A stretch of DNA of 50,389 nucleotides, taken from an uncultured bacterium (GTDB taxonomy: Bacteria > Hinthialibacterota > Hinthialibacteria > Hinthialibacterales > Hinthialibacteraceae). The notes below the pieces were generated by a model that saw nothing but the letters and a program-made list of their open reading frames with translations, was not told the DNA's origin and did not search any database. The position numbers and the translations under genes were made by a program. Positions 17,315 to 27,921 of this stretch are shown piece by piece. The stretch lies in assembly GCA_964449065.1 (NCBI GenBank), contig CAYVAZ010000002.1, positions 1 through 50,389 of the forward strand, in the 5' to 3' direction. Each line of letters opens with the position of its first letter. Position 1 is the first letter of the stretch.

Positions 17315-18562
17315 TTGAAGCGCCAAACGACCAAAAAATTAACTCTACCGCCCGAACACCGCAGAAGCCCTGCCAAGGTTCCGCAATATCTAAAATTAAA
17401 GGATTCTGAGGCGTTCTACTATGCATTGGTGGAAAATATTCCTCAGAATATTATCTGCAAAGATGTAGAAGGCCGATTTACGTTTGTGAACCAAAAATTC
17501 AGTGATCTGTTGAATAAACCGGTTGAAGAGATTATTGGTAAGACGGATTTTGACTTTTTTCCACAAGACCTTGCTCAAAAATACCGTGAAGACGATTTGC
17601 GGGTTATGGAAACCGGGGAAATACTTGATTTGATTGAAGAAAATACCATTGAAGGCGGCGAAACAATTTATGTGCATGTCGTAAAAACGCCGATACATGA
17701 TATTAACGACAATGTAATTGGAATGCAGGGCATCTTTTGGGATATCACCGAGCGCAAAAAGGCTGAAGAAGCCCTTCAATCGGCTAATGAACGTATGAAA
17801 CAAGATTTAGTCGCCGCGTCTAAAGTGCAGCGCGGTTTTTTTCCCGATGAATACCCAAAAATCGAAGGCTATCAATTTGAATGGAGTTTCACTCCGTGTG
17901 AATATGTCGGCGGCGATTTGCTCAATGTGTTTCAACTGGATGAAGATCATTGGGCGTTTTATGTGTTGGATGTTTCCGGTCATGGGGTGCCGGCCGCCAT
18001 GCTTTCCGTGTCTATATCCCGTATGATGGAACCATCCGCGTTTCCACAAAGACTGAGCAATAATGGGGACAACGCAAAATTAAAAGATCCAGAGTCTGTC
18101 ATTAAAATGTTGAATAAGCGTTTTCCCTTAAGTGCAAAAACCGGTATGTTCTGCACCATGGTCTATGCCGTACTCAACGTCAAAACAGGAGAATTAAGCT
18201 GGGTACGTGCCGGACACGAACCGCCTTTATATGTACCCGGTAAAGAAAAAGATATTGTCTATTTTAATGAACCCGGTGGTTTGTTTGTGAGTCAAATGCC
18301 GATAAAAGAATCTTCATTAAAGTGCGGACGATTAACCATGAATCCCGGCGACCGTTTTGTTCTCTATTCAGATGGAATCACCGAAGCCATGAAAAACAAA
18401 GAAGAATTCGGGTATAACCGCCTTTCTGAAGTTATGAAGGAACACCGCCATAAACCGCTATCGGATGCTTTAGACGCAGTGGTAAATGCTGCCAGCCGTT
18501 GGACGGATGAAGAGAAATTTGTTGATGATGTCACCCTGCTTGCCCTCGAACGAATCCGTTAA
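17315..18562 (+). CDS. PAS + SpoIIE (PP2C) phosphatase, RsbU/RsbP-like
   Basis: PAS/PAC (GKTDFDFFP, WDITERKKAE); VGGD, DVSGHGVPAA, RAGHEPP, LYSDGITEA, DDVTLL. Confidence 0.93.
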   Translation: MKRQTTKKLTLPPEHRRSPAKVPQYLKLKDSEAFYYALVENIPQNIICKDVEGRFTFVNQKFSDLLNKPVEEIIGKTDFDFFPQDLAQKYREDDLRVMETGEILDLIEENTIEGGETIYVHVVKTPIHDINDNVIGMQGIFWDITERKKAEEALQSANERMKQDLVAASKVQRGFFPDEYPKIEGYQFEWSFTPCEYVGGDLLNVFQLDEDHWAFYVLDVSGHGVPAAMLSVSISRMMEPSAFPQRLSNNGDNAKLKDPESVIKMLNKRFPLSAKTGMFCTMVYAVLNVKTGELSWVRAGHEPPLYVPGKEKDIVYFNEPGGLFVSQMPIKESSLKCGRLTMNPGDRFVLYSDGITEAMKNKEEFGYNRLSEVMKEHRHKPLSDALDAVVNAASRWTDEEKFVDDVTLLALERIR

Positions 18563-18622
18563 AACTTACCTGCCTTGCTTTTTAAAATACAATAGTTTCA
18601 AACCAAATAGATTAGGATAACC

Positions 18623-19888
18623 ATGCGCCTCATTCTCTTGATTTTACTGTTAACCATTTCCCCGTTTGTCCGCGCGGTTGATTTTGATGCCGCGATTCTA
18701 ATTACTCAGCATTTTGAAGAAATCTCGTTTGCAAGAAACCCGCAAAACGCCATCCAAATCACGGATGATGGAACGGTGCATCTGGTATACACCATTGCGG
18801 ATACGAGTGTACCGGTACCCAACACCTCCATTTATTATCAAAGCATTCAAAACGGTCTCATAAACGGTCCTGTCCGAATCAACAGCAGCGGCACCAATGC
18901 AAACCATCCGGCAATGAAAATCGGCGAAGACGGGATTGTGCATGTGGTTTGGCAAGATAGCAGACATTCCACACCATCAGGCAATTGGGTGGATAACATT
19001 GAAATCTATTATGACCGGAAATCTCCTGAAGGTGATTTTCTGGATAACGATAACCGCATCACCAAAACGCAGGCAAATCATTTAGGCGATAACGGTTTTG
19101 CCCCACAACTCGAAATTACAGATAACGGCATTATTCATATCGTATGGTATGATTTTCATACCAACGGCAACAACGCGGATGTGTACCTAAGAAGCAGCGA
19201 TTCCGAAGGCGATTTTCCGGCGGTTGAAGGGATAGATGAATTTCGGATCACGAATATTGAAACCGGGGATAATTTTCTTTCTCATTGGCTGCCGACCATA
19301 TCCGGTTTTGCGGATGGGCTGTATGTGTTATGGGGTTTCCAGGAAGGATTCACCACGATATTTGAAATGCAGGGAATGGAAATCACAGGATCGAATCAAA
19401 AAGATATAGAGACAATTGGAAAAGGGGGGAAACTGCTCGATCCGCTTCGCTTGGCCTCCGATCATCAGGGAAACATAGGTTGTGTATATGGAAACATTGT
19501 CGAGAACCAAAGCGTCATTGAATTTCGGTATCGAACGGAAACAACAGATTGGAGTAAGCCGCTAAGGGTAAATTCAGGTTTCAATCATGCAACCCAGCCG
19601 CATTTGGCATTCGATTTGGACGGCAACGCCCATGCCGTTTGGCAAGAAGATATCGGCGGCGTATTTGAAATCCGCTATGCGGAAATTGATCCGGTAACAA
19701 TGTCGATTATTACCCAACAAAAATTTTCCAATGAAGAATCCGATCGCAGGACGCCGGTCATTGGAATCAACCCGCAAACCAGCCGAATTCATATAGCATG
19801 GATCGACCATTGGCCGCTGGAAGGCCGAGCCGTTTATTTGATGCAGGAAACGGTGACATCCATTTTGGAATGGAATCAAATAGACTAA
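18623..19888 (+). CDS. Secreted beta-propeller-like repeat protein
   Basis: Signal peptide ending VRA; repeated P...DG-x-[VIA]-H-[VIA]-V-W blades. Confidence 0.75.
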   Translation: MRLILLILLLTISPFVRAVDFDAAILITQHFEEISFARNPQNAIQITDDGTVHLVYTIADTSVPVPNTSIYYQSIQNGLINGPVRINSSGTNANHPAMKIGEDGIVHVVWQDSRHSTPSGNWVDNIEIYYDRKSPEGDFLDNDNRITKTQANHLGDNGFAPQLEITDNGIIHIVWYDFHTNGNNADVYLRSSDSEGDFPAVEGIDEFRITNIETGDNFLSHWLPTISGFADGLYVLWGFQEGFTTIFEMQGMEITGSNQKDIETIGKGGKLLDPLRLASDHQGNIGCVYGNIVENQSVIEFRYRTETTDWSKPLRVNSGFNHATQPHLAFDLDGNAHAVWQEDIGGVFEIRYAEIDPVTMSIITQQKFSNEESDRRTPVIGINPQTSRIHIAWIDHWPLEGRAVYLMQETVTSILEWNQID

Positions 19889-21342
19889 TTGTTTTTGGCC
19901 GATTTGCTATTCTTGCCGTTACCGGTAATGGCATTGGATATTGATTTAAACATTTCCCGCAGCGAAGCCGGTTTGTCGGAAGAAGAAATTAACTTATCCA
20001 TTTTTTCCACGGTTTCTCTGAGACCGATTACGATGACACGATCATTCGCTTTCAGTTCATTTTCTCCTTTGGGGATAATGACATCATCATCGCGCAAAAT
20101 TGCGCCTAAAAGTACCTGATTGGGGATATTGATTTCCCGGATTTTTTTTCCGGCTAGTGGAGAGTCATTCGAAACCACTACTTCCACCGCTTCGGCTTTA
20201 TCATCGGCAAATATCGTCATTGCAACGGATTCTCCTTTTCGGATATACCGCATAATAGAATGGATTGTCGATGTTCTGGGATTGATCGACACATCAATCG
20301 GTTGGATGTGCTCAAGAAGCGGAATATATTGCGGTTTTCGTATCAAAACAATAACCCGCTTTGCCCCTTGTTCTTTTGCCAGCAGGCATGAAAGTATGTT
20401 GGTTTCATCATCTTGCGAGAGCGCAATGAAAGAATCGGCATCGGCTACGCCTGATTCTTTCAGTAGAGCAACATCGGTCGCATCGCCATTAAGCATTGTG
20501 ATATTCTTGATCTCCGTCGCGAATTTTTCGCATGTATCTTTATCATAATCAATTACCAACAAACGGATACTTTCCTGATCAAATTTCTCGGCTAAAAATT
20601 GTGAGACACGGCTGGCCCCCACCACCACGACTTTATTGACAGAATCATTTTTGATTCCACCCATTTTATTGATGTACTTCATCGAATCGGCATCGGCAAT
20701 CACGTATATCATATCATTGGCATATAATGTAAATTCCCCCCGCGGGATGATTACGTCGTGGCCCCGCACCACGCAGGCAATCAATAATGATTTGTCATAT
20801 CCCAATTCCGGAATTTCTTTCAGCATGTGATTGCAGATAGGGGCATCCGGTTTGAGACGGAAGCCAATCAATTTCACCTTCCCCTTAGCGAATTCTTTTA
20901 CACTGGATGCCACCGGATTTAAAATTACATCATGCAGTTCTTGCGCCGTGACCTCATCCGGATTGATGATGAGATCGATGTTCAATGCCTTTTGATAGCA
21001 TTCACGGTCATGGGAGATAAAATCTTCCGTACGAATTCGGGCAATGGTGGTTTGCACTCCATACTGCTTTGCCGCCGCACAGGCCAACAGATTATGTTCA
21101 TCGCTTGAACTCACCGCGATAAACAGATCGGCACTTTGGATATTGGCACGTTTTAGCGTCTGTAAATCCGCGCCGCTGCCGGTCACGGTTAACAAATCCA
21201 CACGCGTTTCGATCTCACTGAGAAGAGAGGATTGTAGATCGATAAGAGTGATATCATGTCCTTGCGAAGAAAGCCCAATGGCGAGTCCTTTCCCGACTTC
21301 GCCCGCTCCCATGATTACAACATTTAGTTTCTTGCTTGCCAC
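19885..21342 (-). CDS. trkA: Trk potassium uptake regulatory subunit
   Basis: Two RCK_N/RCK_C pairs; GAGEVG, GDATD, DDETNIL. Confidence 0.93.
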   Translation of the reverse strand: MASKKLNVVIMGAGEVGKGLAIGLSSQGHDITLIDLQSSLLSEIETRVDLLTVTGSGADLQTLKRANIQSADLFIAVSSSDEHNLLACAAAKQYGVQTTIARIRTEDFISHDRECYQKALNIDLIINPDEVTAQELHDVILNPVASSVKEFAKGKVKLIGFRLKPDAPICNHMLKEIPELGYDKSLLIACVVRGHDVIIPRGEFTLYANDMIYVIADADSMKYINKMGGIKNDSVNKVVVVGASRVSQFLAEKFDQESIRLLVIDYDKDTCEKFATEIKNITMLNGDATDVALLKESGVADADSFIALSQDDETNILSCLLAKEQGAKRVIVLIRKPQYIPLLEHIQPIDVSINPRTSTIHSIMRYIRKGESVAMTIFADDKAEAVEVVVSNDSPLAGKKIREINIPNQVLLGAILRDDDVIIPKGENELKANDRVIVIGLRETVEKMDKLISSSDKPASLREMFKSISNAITGNGKNSKSAKNN

Positions 21343-22457
21343 AATTTCATCACCTGAAAAGCCGTATTATGCAGGAGTTCATCTGCTCTCGCCATAGATT
21401 CTTGTAGAGACAGTGGACCGTCTTGTATGGCAAAAACAGCGGTCATTCCATCTTCATATAATTTATCCAGATTGCCGTTAATTATCCCTGCAAATGCGGT
21501 TACCGGTTTATTGTACTTCTTGGCAAGCATTGCAACACCATGAGGCACTTTTCCGAAAGCGGTAGATGGATCGATTTTCCCCTCTCCGGTGAAGACTAAA
21601 TCGCATGTCTTAATCGCCTCTTCTAAGTTTGTGATTGAGGATATTAATTCAAAACCGGAATGAATTTCAGCGCGGCAAAACGCCATAAGACCCGCACCAA
21701 GCCCGCCTGCCGCACCTCCGCCGGTAATAGTATGAACGGATATACCTAAGGTTTGTTGTATGCAATCCGCGATATTCTTTAACCCCGTTTCCAGTTCATT
21801 CACCATTTCCGGTGATGCGCCTTTTTGCGGGCCGTATACTTGAGCGGCTCCTTGTGTGCCAAGCAGTGGATTGGTAACATCGCAGGCAATTTTGATTTCT
21901 GCGTTGAAACAAGCCTGCAATATATGAGTGGTATCAATTTTCACAATCCGCCTCATCGATTCACCATGAGGTGAGAGTTCATTTCCGTTTGCATCCAAAA
22001 AGCGGTATCCCAATGCGGCCGCCATACCGATGCCGGCATCCGTTGTCGCGCTGCCACCGATGCCGATGATGATTTGCTTAGCGCCCCGTTTGAGTGCATC
22101 CACAATCAGTTCACCCGTCCCATATGTTGATGTTTTTAAGGGATTCTTTTCGCTTTCTTGCAGCAACCGCAAGCCGGATGCTTCCGCCATCTCGATAACA
22201 GCGGTACTCCCATCATCAATCAAACCATATTTCGCCTGTACGGGGCGCATCAATGGATCGTTGACTTGCAACTTGATGTATTCGCCGTCGTTTGCGGATA
22301 CTAAGGCATCAACGGTTCCGTCACCGCCATCCGCAAGAGGAATGATCATACAATTCGAAGAAGGGGATGCTTCACGAACACCGGTTGCGATCGCTTTTGC
22401 CGCTTCTGGAGCGGACAGGCATTCCTTATACGCGTTTGGGGCAATTAAAATATTCAT
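21324..22457 (-). CDS. glxK: Glycerate kinase
   Basis: ATG at 22457 (ATGA overlap with mlaD); IAPNAYKECL, PLADGGDGT, EMAEASG, GIGGSATTDAG, GAAGGLG, TGEG. Confidence 0.93.
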   Translation of the reverse strand: MNILIAPNAYKECLSAPEAAKAIATGVREASPSSNCMIIPLADGGDGTVDALVSANDGEYIKLQVNDPLMRPVQAKYGLIDDGSTAVIEMAEASGLRLLQESEKNPLKTSTYGTGELIVDALKRGAKQIIIGIGGSATTDAGIGMAAALGYRFLDANGNELSPHGESMRRIVKIDTTHILQACFNAEIKIACDVTNPLLGTQGAAQVYGPQKGASPEMVNELETGLKNIADCIQQTLGISVHTITGGGAAGGLGAGLMAFCRAEIHSGFELISSITNLEEAIKTCDLVFTGEGKIDPSTAFGKVPHGVAMLAKKYNKPVTAFAGIINGNLDKLYEDGMTAVFAIQDGPLSLQESMARADELLHNTAFQVMKLWQARN

Positions 22458-23542
22458 GGTTTGGATAAATCGGGATTCCAATCCGGCGAGACTTTAACCG
22501 GTTGGCGTCGCGCATCGGTTTTCCATACCGCACGCCATGGGTGTTGCGCGAGCTGCTCTAACAATAAATCTAAATTCTGTGAGGTACGATTTAGGTTTTT
22601 TATCATGGCATCAAAATCGGGCCTGTTGTGTTGGATTAAATGGTCGGCATCCGCAAGCAGCGTGACCAGGCTATTATCTATATTCTTGATCCGGACTTGC
22701 AGGATTTGAATGGTGGATTTAATTTCCTGCGCAATCGATTTCATCTCTGGATTTATGTCTTGAATGAGACGGTCCGCATCGTCCAACAACAGCGTGAGTT
22801 TGTCATTGATTCCACTTAAGAGCGGGTCCAGTTTTTCGCTGCTTTTCCGAAAGCGTTTTAACATAGGCATTACCTCTCCAGAGGCACTGACTATGAACCG
22901 GTTGGTATTTCCAAACGTCTCTTCCACAAGCACATATCCATTGGTTACGAAAGCATCCAAGTGATTCAAAAGCGAGAGGGATTCACGACTGATATTGTTA
23001 ATCAAATCGCCCGCAACCATTAAAGGTTCATTCAAATTATCCAACGTGGTTTGGGCTTTTAATAATGTGTTTTTTACATCGCCGGCAAGCGCGTACAAGT
23101 CGCTGATGGATAAATAGGGCTGTGCCTCTAACACAATATCCACTTCTTTGATTTTGTTGTCTTGCAATAAGTATTTGAGTTTTTGCTCTCTGCTGCCGCC
23201 AGAGATTTCAACATACAAAGGCGAAAGCATACTGGATGCCGCCAGTTCACAGATTGAATCCAAACTGACAGGCGAATTTCTGCGTATGTTGGCGTAGATC
23301 ACGGCCTTATCAATGGTTTCGTTGTATTCGATCCTCATCACTCTACCGATGGGAACACCAGAGTATTTGACCGGAGCGTATTCTTCTAAGCCGGCCACAT
23401 CGGGTATCTCAATTTTGATACTGATGGTATCGGTGAGCAAATCGTCCAACTGGCCGACGGCAATCGACAACGCCACCAACAAGGTAATGGACAAAACCAC
23501 CATTAATCCCACGCGGATTTCCGTTAAATTGGTGAACGCCAT
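22454..23542 (-). CDS. mlaD: MCE/MlaD-family protein with long helical extension
   Basis: EIRVGL TM; VAGLEEYAPVKYSGVPIGRV MCE motif; helical region ending LAQHPW. Confidence 0.85.
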   Translation of the reverse strand: MAFTNLTEIRVGLMVVLSITLLVALSIAVGQLDDLLTDTISIKIEIPDVAGLEEYAPVKYSGVPIGRVMRIEYNETIDKAVIYANIRRNSPVSLDSICELAASSMLSPLYVEISGGSREQKLKYLLQDNKIKEVDIVLEAQPYLSISDLYALAGDVKNTLLKAQTTLDNLNEPLMVAGDLINNISRESLSLLNHLDAFVTNGYVLVEETFGNTNRFIVSASGEVMPMLKRFRKSSEKLDPLLSGINDKLTLLLDDADRLIQDINPEMKSIAQEIKSTIQILQVRIKNIDNSLVTLLADADHLIQHNRPDFDAMIKNLNRTSQNLDLLLEQLAQHPWRAVWKTDARRQPVKVSPDWNPDLSKP

Positions 23543-23544
23543 TG

Positions 23545-24393
23545 TTATCTCACTTCCAACAAATCTTGAATATAATTATCCGCGGACAATTGAAACGGTA
23601 CCGGCCCATCCGCCAAGCCGTTAACGAACTGCTTGATCAACGGCACTTCCGAATTTTTGAACACCTCCGGCGGACCGTCTTCTATTATTTTTCCGCCATG
23701 CAAAAACACCAGTTTATCACCGATTTTAAACGCGCTATCCATATGGTGGGTAACCACCACCGAGGTAATGTTTAATTTATGCGACAAATCCATCATCAAG
23801 TCGTCTACCACTGCCGCTGTAATGGGGTCAAGACCGGCGGACGGTTCATCATAAAACACAATTTCGGGATCCAATGCAATGGCTCGAGCCAAACCGACCC
23901 GCTTTCTCATTCCACCGGAAATTTGGGACGGCATAAACTCTTCAAAGCCGCGGAGACCGACCAACTCCAATTTCATCTTAACGATCATTCGAATGATTTT
24001 TTTATCCAAATCGGTATGCTCCACAATCGGTAAAGCAACATTATCGCCTACCGTCATGGAATTGAATAATGCCCCGTTTTGAAATAGGATTCCAAAGCGT
24101 TTACGGATGGGATCCAGTTCTTCTTCATTCATCGGAACAATGTCTTCCCCGTCATAACAGATTTGACCAGAATCAGGCTTCATGTATCCGATAATATGTT
24201 TCAGCAGCGTAGATTTTCCGCTACCGCTGCCCCCCATAATGACCGTTGTTTTTCCACGGGGAATATTAAAAGTCACTTCGTCCAATACCCGCAGGGGACC
24301 GAACGCGCGAACCAGTTTCTTAACCTCAATGACATTTTGCGGTTTGTTCTCATGCTCTACCGGCTTTTGTTCTTCTTGATTTGCCATCACCAT
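23545..24393 (-). CDS. mlaF: MlaF/Ttg2A-type ABC ATPase
   Basis: GGSGSGKS, FQNGALFNSMTV, ISGGMRKRVGLARA, YDEPSAGLDP. Confidence 0.9.
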   Translation of the reverse strand: MVMANQEEQKPVEHENKPQNVIEVKKLVRAFGPLRVLDEVTFNIPRGKTTVIMGGSGSGKSTLLKHIIGYMKPDSGQICYDGEDIVPMNEEELDPIRKRFGILFQNGALFNSMTVGDNVALPIVEHTDLDKKIIRMIVKMKLELVGLRGFEEFMPSQISGGMRKRVGLARAIALDPEIVFYDEPSAGLDPITAAVVDDLMMDLSHKLNITSVVVTHHMDSAFKIGDKLVFLHGGKIIEDGPPEVFKNSEVPLIKQFVNGLADGPVPFQLSADNYIQDLLEVR

Positions 24394-24486
24394 TTCTTAA
24401 GTCATCCAATACAGTGCCATATAAATGATTGAGTTGAGCATTATATTCTAATTTAGTCCGGTTCGGCAACGTGTAAACGCGTTAAA

Positions 24487-24900
24487 TTACTGTAAAACCG
24501 GAATCGCTATATTCTTAATCTTATTTTTCTCTTTTGCTTCTGCAATCAAATCTTGGTATGACTTAATAATCTCTACAGGAATTTTTACTGAGGGAAAAAC
24601 GATAGGTGGAATTTGTGGATGGGTGGAATAAATGTATACATCAAAAAGATGGTTTAAAGAGGATTTTTGAACATAATCAATCCGGTCTATACGAGACTTC
24701 TCAAAAAATCGGTTATGACCGGGATTAACCGAGTTATTTTTTCCCGCACCGCTACTGTCAAGATAATACGCAGTGTATTGAACCGTTCGAAAACGTCTCC
24801 ACATAAAATAAAGCGGTAGGATTAACCAAAATGTTAAACCGCATATTGTGTAGAACTTCCAGTGTACAACATGCGGTGTTTTCCCCTGCCAACCTGTCAT
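24487..24900 (-). CDS. Hypothetical small membrane protein
   Basis: 137 aa with one TM followed by WRRFR; fills the gap between co-oriented genes; start uncertain. Confidence 0.55.
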   Translation of the reverse strand: MTGWQGKTPHVVHWKFYTICGLTFWLILPLYFMWRRFRTVQYTAYYLDSSGAGKNNSVNPGHNRFFEKSRIDRIDYVQKSSLNHLFDVYIYSTHPQIPPIVFPSVKIPVEIIKSYQDLIAEAKEKNKIKNIAIPVLQ

Positions 24901-24927
24901 CAGTTATCCATAGCGTTTTGATAGAAT

Positions 24928-27897
24928 TTACGATTCCAGTGTGTTTTCCGTTTGCTGAATATCATCGGTATCGTCCGGCTTGATGATATCCATCTGGTAT
25001 TCAATTCTGGCTGTCGCACTGACTTCATCAATCCAGGCGGAAAACGCATAACGTTGAGCGGCTTGCTCCATAAACCGGGCGATTTGGGCATCACTTATTT
25101 GCCGCTGATCCGATGGGTCTTCTTCTTCCGGATCGGGTTTTCCAAGAACTTGAGCGATGTATACCCCGGTTAATTTATCGTTTACCAATTTGCCTTCATC
25201 GTTGATTTTTTTGGAGTAGGTATACACCAATCCCGATATCTCACTCGGCTGCAAAGCAAAGGCGGTTTTTGCCAACGCCAATGAACGCTGCGCCCCCGGA
25301 ATCTGTCCGTTTCCTGTGATTTCAAACGGTTGATTATACTTAACCTTATCACCGGCAGTATTCTGTTCGTCGATATCCGCAAACTCTTTCAATTCGATGG
25401 TTCTGGTAGCGGAAACCGGTTCCGCATTCTCTACGGCTTGTTTAATTTTTTCTAACGTTTCTTTGGCTTTTTCAATCGCGATATCTTCAGCCAAGACCAA
25501 CTTATAATCGCGTTCCACATCTTCTCTCACTTCTGCAAGTTCCGGTAAATACGTTTCTTTGATTTCATCCAATTGGATGATGAAATACGAATCCACCGGC
25601 GGGTCCTGTATACCGGGCTGCGCAAAGCCTTGAAGGGTTTCGATGGCAACCGAAATATCTCCCTCATCCATTTCAAAGGCCGCTGAAGTAAGTTCGGGTT
25701 TTCTACCGATTCCTGGAATGGGATCGTTTTGGGAAAAGAAGCCTGTCGTTTGACTTTCAAAACCGGAATTCTCAGCGCCTTCAGATAAGGCAACTTGATC
25801 CGCGTACACCCGGTCAGCAAATGTGTTGGCGGCCGTGCGTGCCATTTCTTTCGCGCGTTGCGCGATAAAAGCTTGATTGACCTGGGATTCCACTTCTTCC
25901 AGTTCCGGCAAATGCGCCGGTTCCCGTGCCAACAAACGAATAATGTGATAGCCGGTGGCCGTTTGGAATGGCCCATCGACTTCACCGGTTTCCATCGTCA
26001 TGGCCGAGTTGATAATTTGGGTGGGATTGGGACCAAAGCCTTGAACGAACTGATCTCCGCGTCCAAACAATTGAGACGTAACTAATTGAAGGTCTCTTTC
26101 TTCGGCAATTGTTTCCAAGGGTACGGATGCGCTTTTAATCCGCACGATATCCGCTTCCGCGGCCTGGCGGGCTACATCTTCGGCTTTTTCTAATCGTAAA
26201 TCTTCTTCGACATCGTCTTTCGCTTCTTCTAACGGCAAGGGTTGCGATTCTTGACGTTCAACGGTTTCGATCAGATATAAATTTTCGGTTAAGTTGTTCC
26301 CGCTGAATTTGATATCTGTGCCGGGCAGGTTCATAAACGCCGATGATGAAAAATACAGGCGGTCGGTTTCCGGTATGTTTGGGATCGGCTCTCCTCTTTT
26401 GATCCATCCGGTTTCTTGAACTTCTTTTCCGGTTGCGTTTAACGAATCAATCTCTTTGGCTTTTTGGCGGTATTCCGCGACTGCTTTTTGTTTCTTCAGC
26501 GTATCCGCGATTTCATCCCGCACTTCTTCCAATGAATCTGTCCCGGCCTCTTTGCGGTCCTCCACTTTGATAATGTGATACCCAAAGTCGGTTTTTACTG
26601 GAGGCGATACCTGCCCCAATGGAAGAGAAAAGGCGGATTCTTCAAACTCCGGCACCATTCTTCCCCGGCCGAAGTATCCCAAATCGCCGCCTTTTAGAGC
26701 GCTTCCGGTATCTTCGGAATACTTCTTGGCGGCTTCTTCAAACGGCAAACCGTTGATGATTTCCTCTTTGATCGCTTCAATCTTTTCTTTGGCCGCTGCG
26801 AGTTCGGAAGCGGGAGCGTTATTCCGTACTTTAATAAGAATATGTCTGGCTTTTACCTGATCATCGTGTTCATACCGGAACTTGTTTTTTTCGTAGTAAT
26901 CCTCTATTGCTCCTTCCGTGACATCTTGCGTTTCCGCAATCGCGGCCAGCGGTTCTTTAATATAGCGGACTTTTACCCGTTCACCGGTTTGATATTTGCT
27001 TTTGTTCGCTTCATAATAATCTTTCAGTTCATCATCGGTTACAGATACAGCGTTTTTCAATTGTTCCGCTGAATAGGTTAACCGTTCAACCCGCACTTGT
27101 TCCGGGATTTCATAATTTTGACGGTTTTCTTCAAAATACCGCTCCAACAAGCGCTGAAAGGTTGTCGCGTCGCTGATCAACTCATTCACTTTGCTACGGT
27201 ATTCCGATGGTTTAAATTGAACGTAAGTAATCTTGCGTTGCTGTGGAACCCGGTAGTCTTCTTGATTTTCTTCAAAATAGGCTTGCATTCCTTCATCGTC
27301 TACTTCGACTTCATCAGTGTAGGCAGACGGTTGAAAGGCTAAAAATTCAATCTCCGCTTTGCTTTTACGCTGCTGTTCACTCCGAGTTTGATCAGGTTTC
27401 GCGTTGGCGAAAGCATTTTGCGCGACGGTTCTCACTTTATCCTGTGTCAGTTGCATGCGTACGTTTTCTTCATAAACGATCGGATGCACACCGTTTTGAT
27501 AGAGTAATTGTGTATACTGCTGATTGCCAATGAAATTGCCGTTCTCGTCCTGAAAATTAGGATTGTTGACAATATGGGCTTTAATTTCACCGTCGGTTGT
27601 CGCCAAGGACCATTCGTCCGACTTTTGCCGGAAAATCTCAAAGATAATTTCTGTTGCCAGGGCTTGCTGGCGAACATATTCATCATCCAAATCCGTTTGC
27701 TCCTGGCCGCGAATTTGGTCCATCCGGTTGCGCCATTGCGATTCGTATATCTTTTCCCCATTCACTTTGGCAACCCAGCGGTGCTGCGGGGGGACGGAAC
27801 ACTGGCCGACACCGTACATGACAATAAATGACGGTATGATCAACCATAATGTATAGGTCATGATGGTCTTTTTGTGGTGGATTAAAAATTCAAACAT
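24928..27897 (-). CDS. PpiD-like membrane-anchored chaperone / parvulin PPIase, expanded
   Basis: GGAGG RBS; N-terminal [11 protein letters not shown] SurA-N region, parvulin core VKARHILI...[18 protein letters not shown]...MVPEFE...GYHIIKV. Confidence 0.88.
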   Translation of the reverse strand: MFEFLIHHKKTIMTYTLWLIIPSFIVMYGVGQCSVPPQHRWVAKVNGEKIYESQWRNRMDQIRGQEQTDLDDEYVRQQALATEIIFEIFRQKSDEWSLATTDGEIKAHIVNNPNFQDENGNFIGNQQYTQLLYQNGVHPIVYEENVRMQLTQDKVRTVAQNAFANAKPDQTRSEQQRKSKAEIEFLAFQPSAYTDEVEVDDEGMQAYFEENQEDYRVPQQRKITYVQFKPSEYRSKVNELISDATTFQRLLERYFEENRQNYEIPEQVRVERLTYSAEQLKNAVSVTDDELKDYYEANKSKYQTGERVKVRYIKEPLAAIAETQDVTEGAIEDYYEKNKFRYEHDDQVKARHILIKVRNNAPASELAAAKEKIEAIKEEIINGLPFEEAAKKYSEDTGSALKGGDLGYFGRGRMVPEFEESAFSLPLGQVSPPVKTDFGYHIIKVEDRKEAGTDSLEEVRDEIADTLKKQKAVAEYRQKAKEIDSLNATGKEVQETGWIKRGEPIPNIPETDRLYFSSSAFMNLPGTDIKFSGNNLTENLYLIETVERQESQPLPLEEAKDDVEEDLRLEKAEDVARQAAEADIVRIKSASVPLETIAEERDLQLVTSQLFGRGDQFVQGFGPNPTQIINSAMTMETGEVDGPFQTATGYHIIRLLAREPAHLPELEEVESQVNQAFIAQRAKEMARTAANTFADRVYADQVALSEGAENSGFESQTTGFFSQNDPIPGIGRKPELTSAAFEMDEGDISVAIETLQGFAQPGIQDPPVDSYFIIQLDEIKETYLPELAEVREDVERDYKLVLAEDIAIEKAKETLEKIKQAVENAEPVSATRTIELKEFADIDEQNTAGDKVKYNQPFEITGNGQIPGAQRSLALAKTAFALQPSEISGLVYTYSKKINDEGKLVNDKLTGVYIAQVLGKPDPEEEDPSDQRQISDAQIARFMEQAAQRYAFSAWIDEVSATARIEYQMDIIKPDDTDDIQQTENTLES

Positions 27898-27921
27898 GCA
27901 GCCTTACCTCCAAAATTCCGG

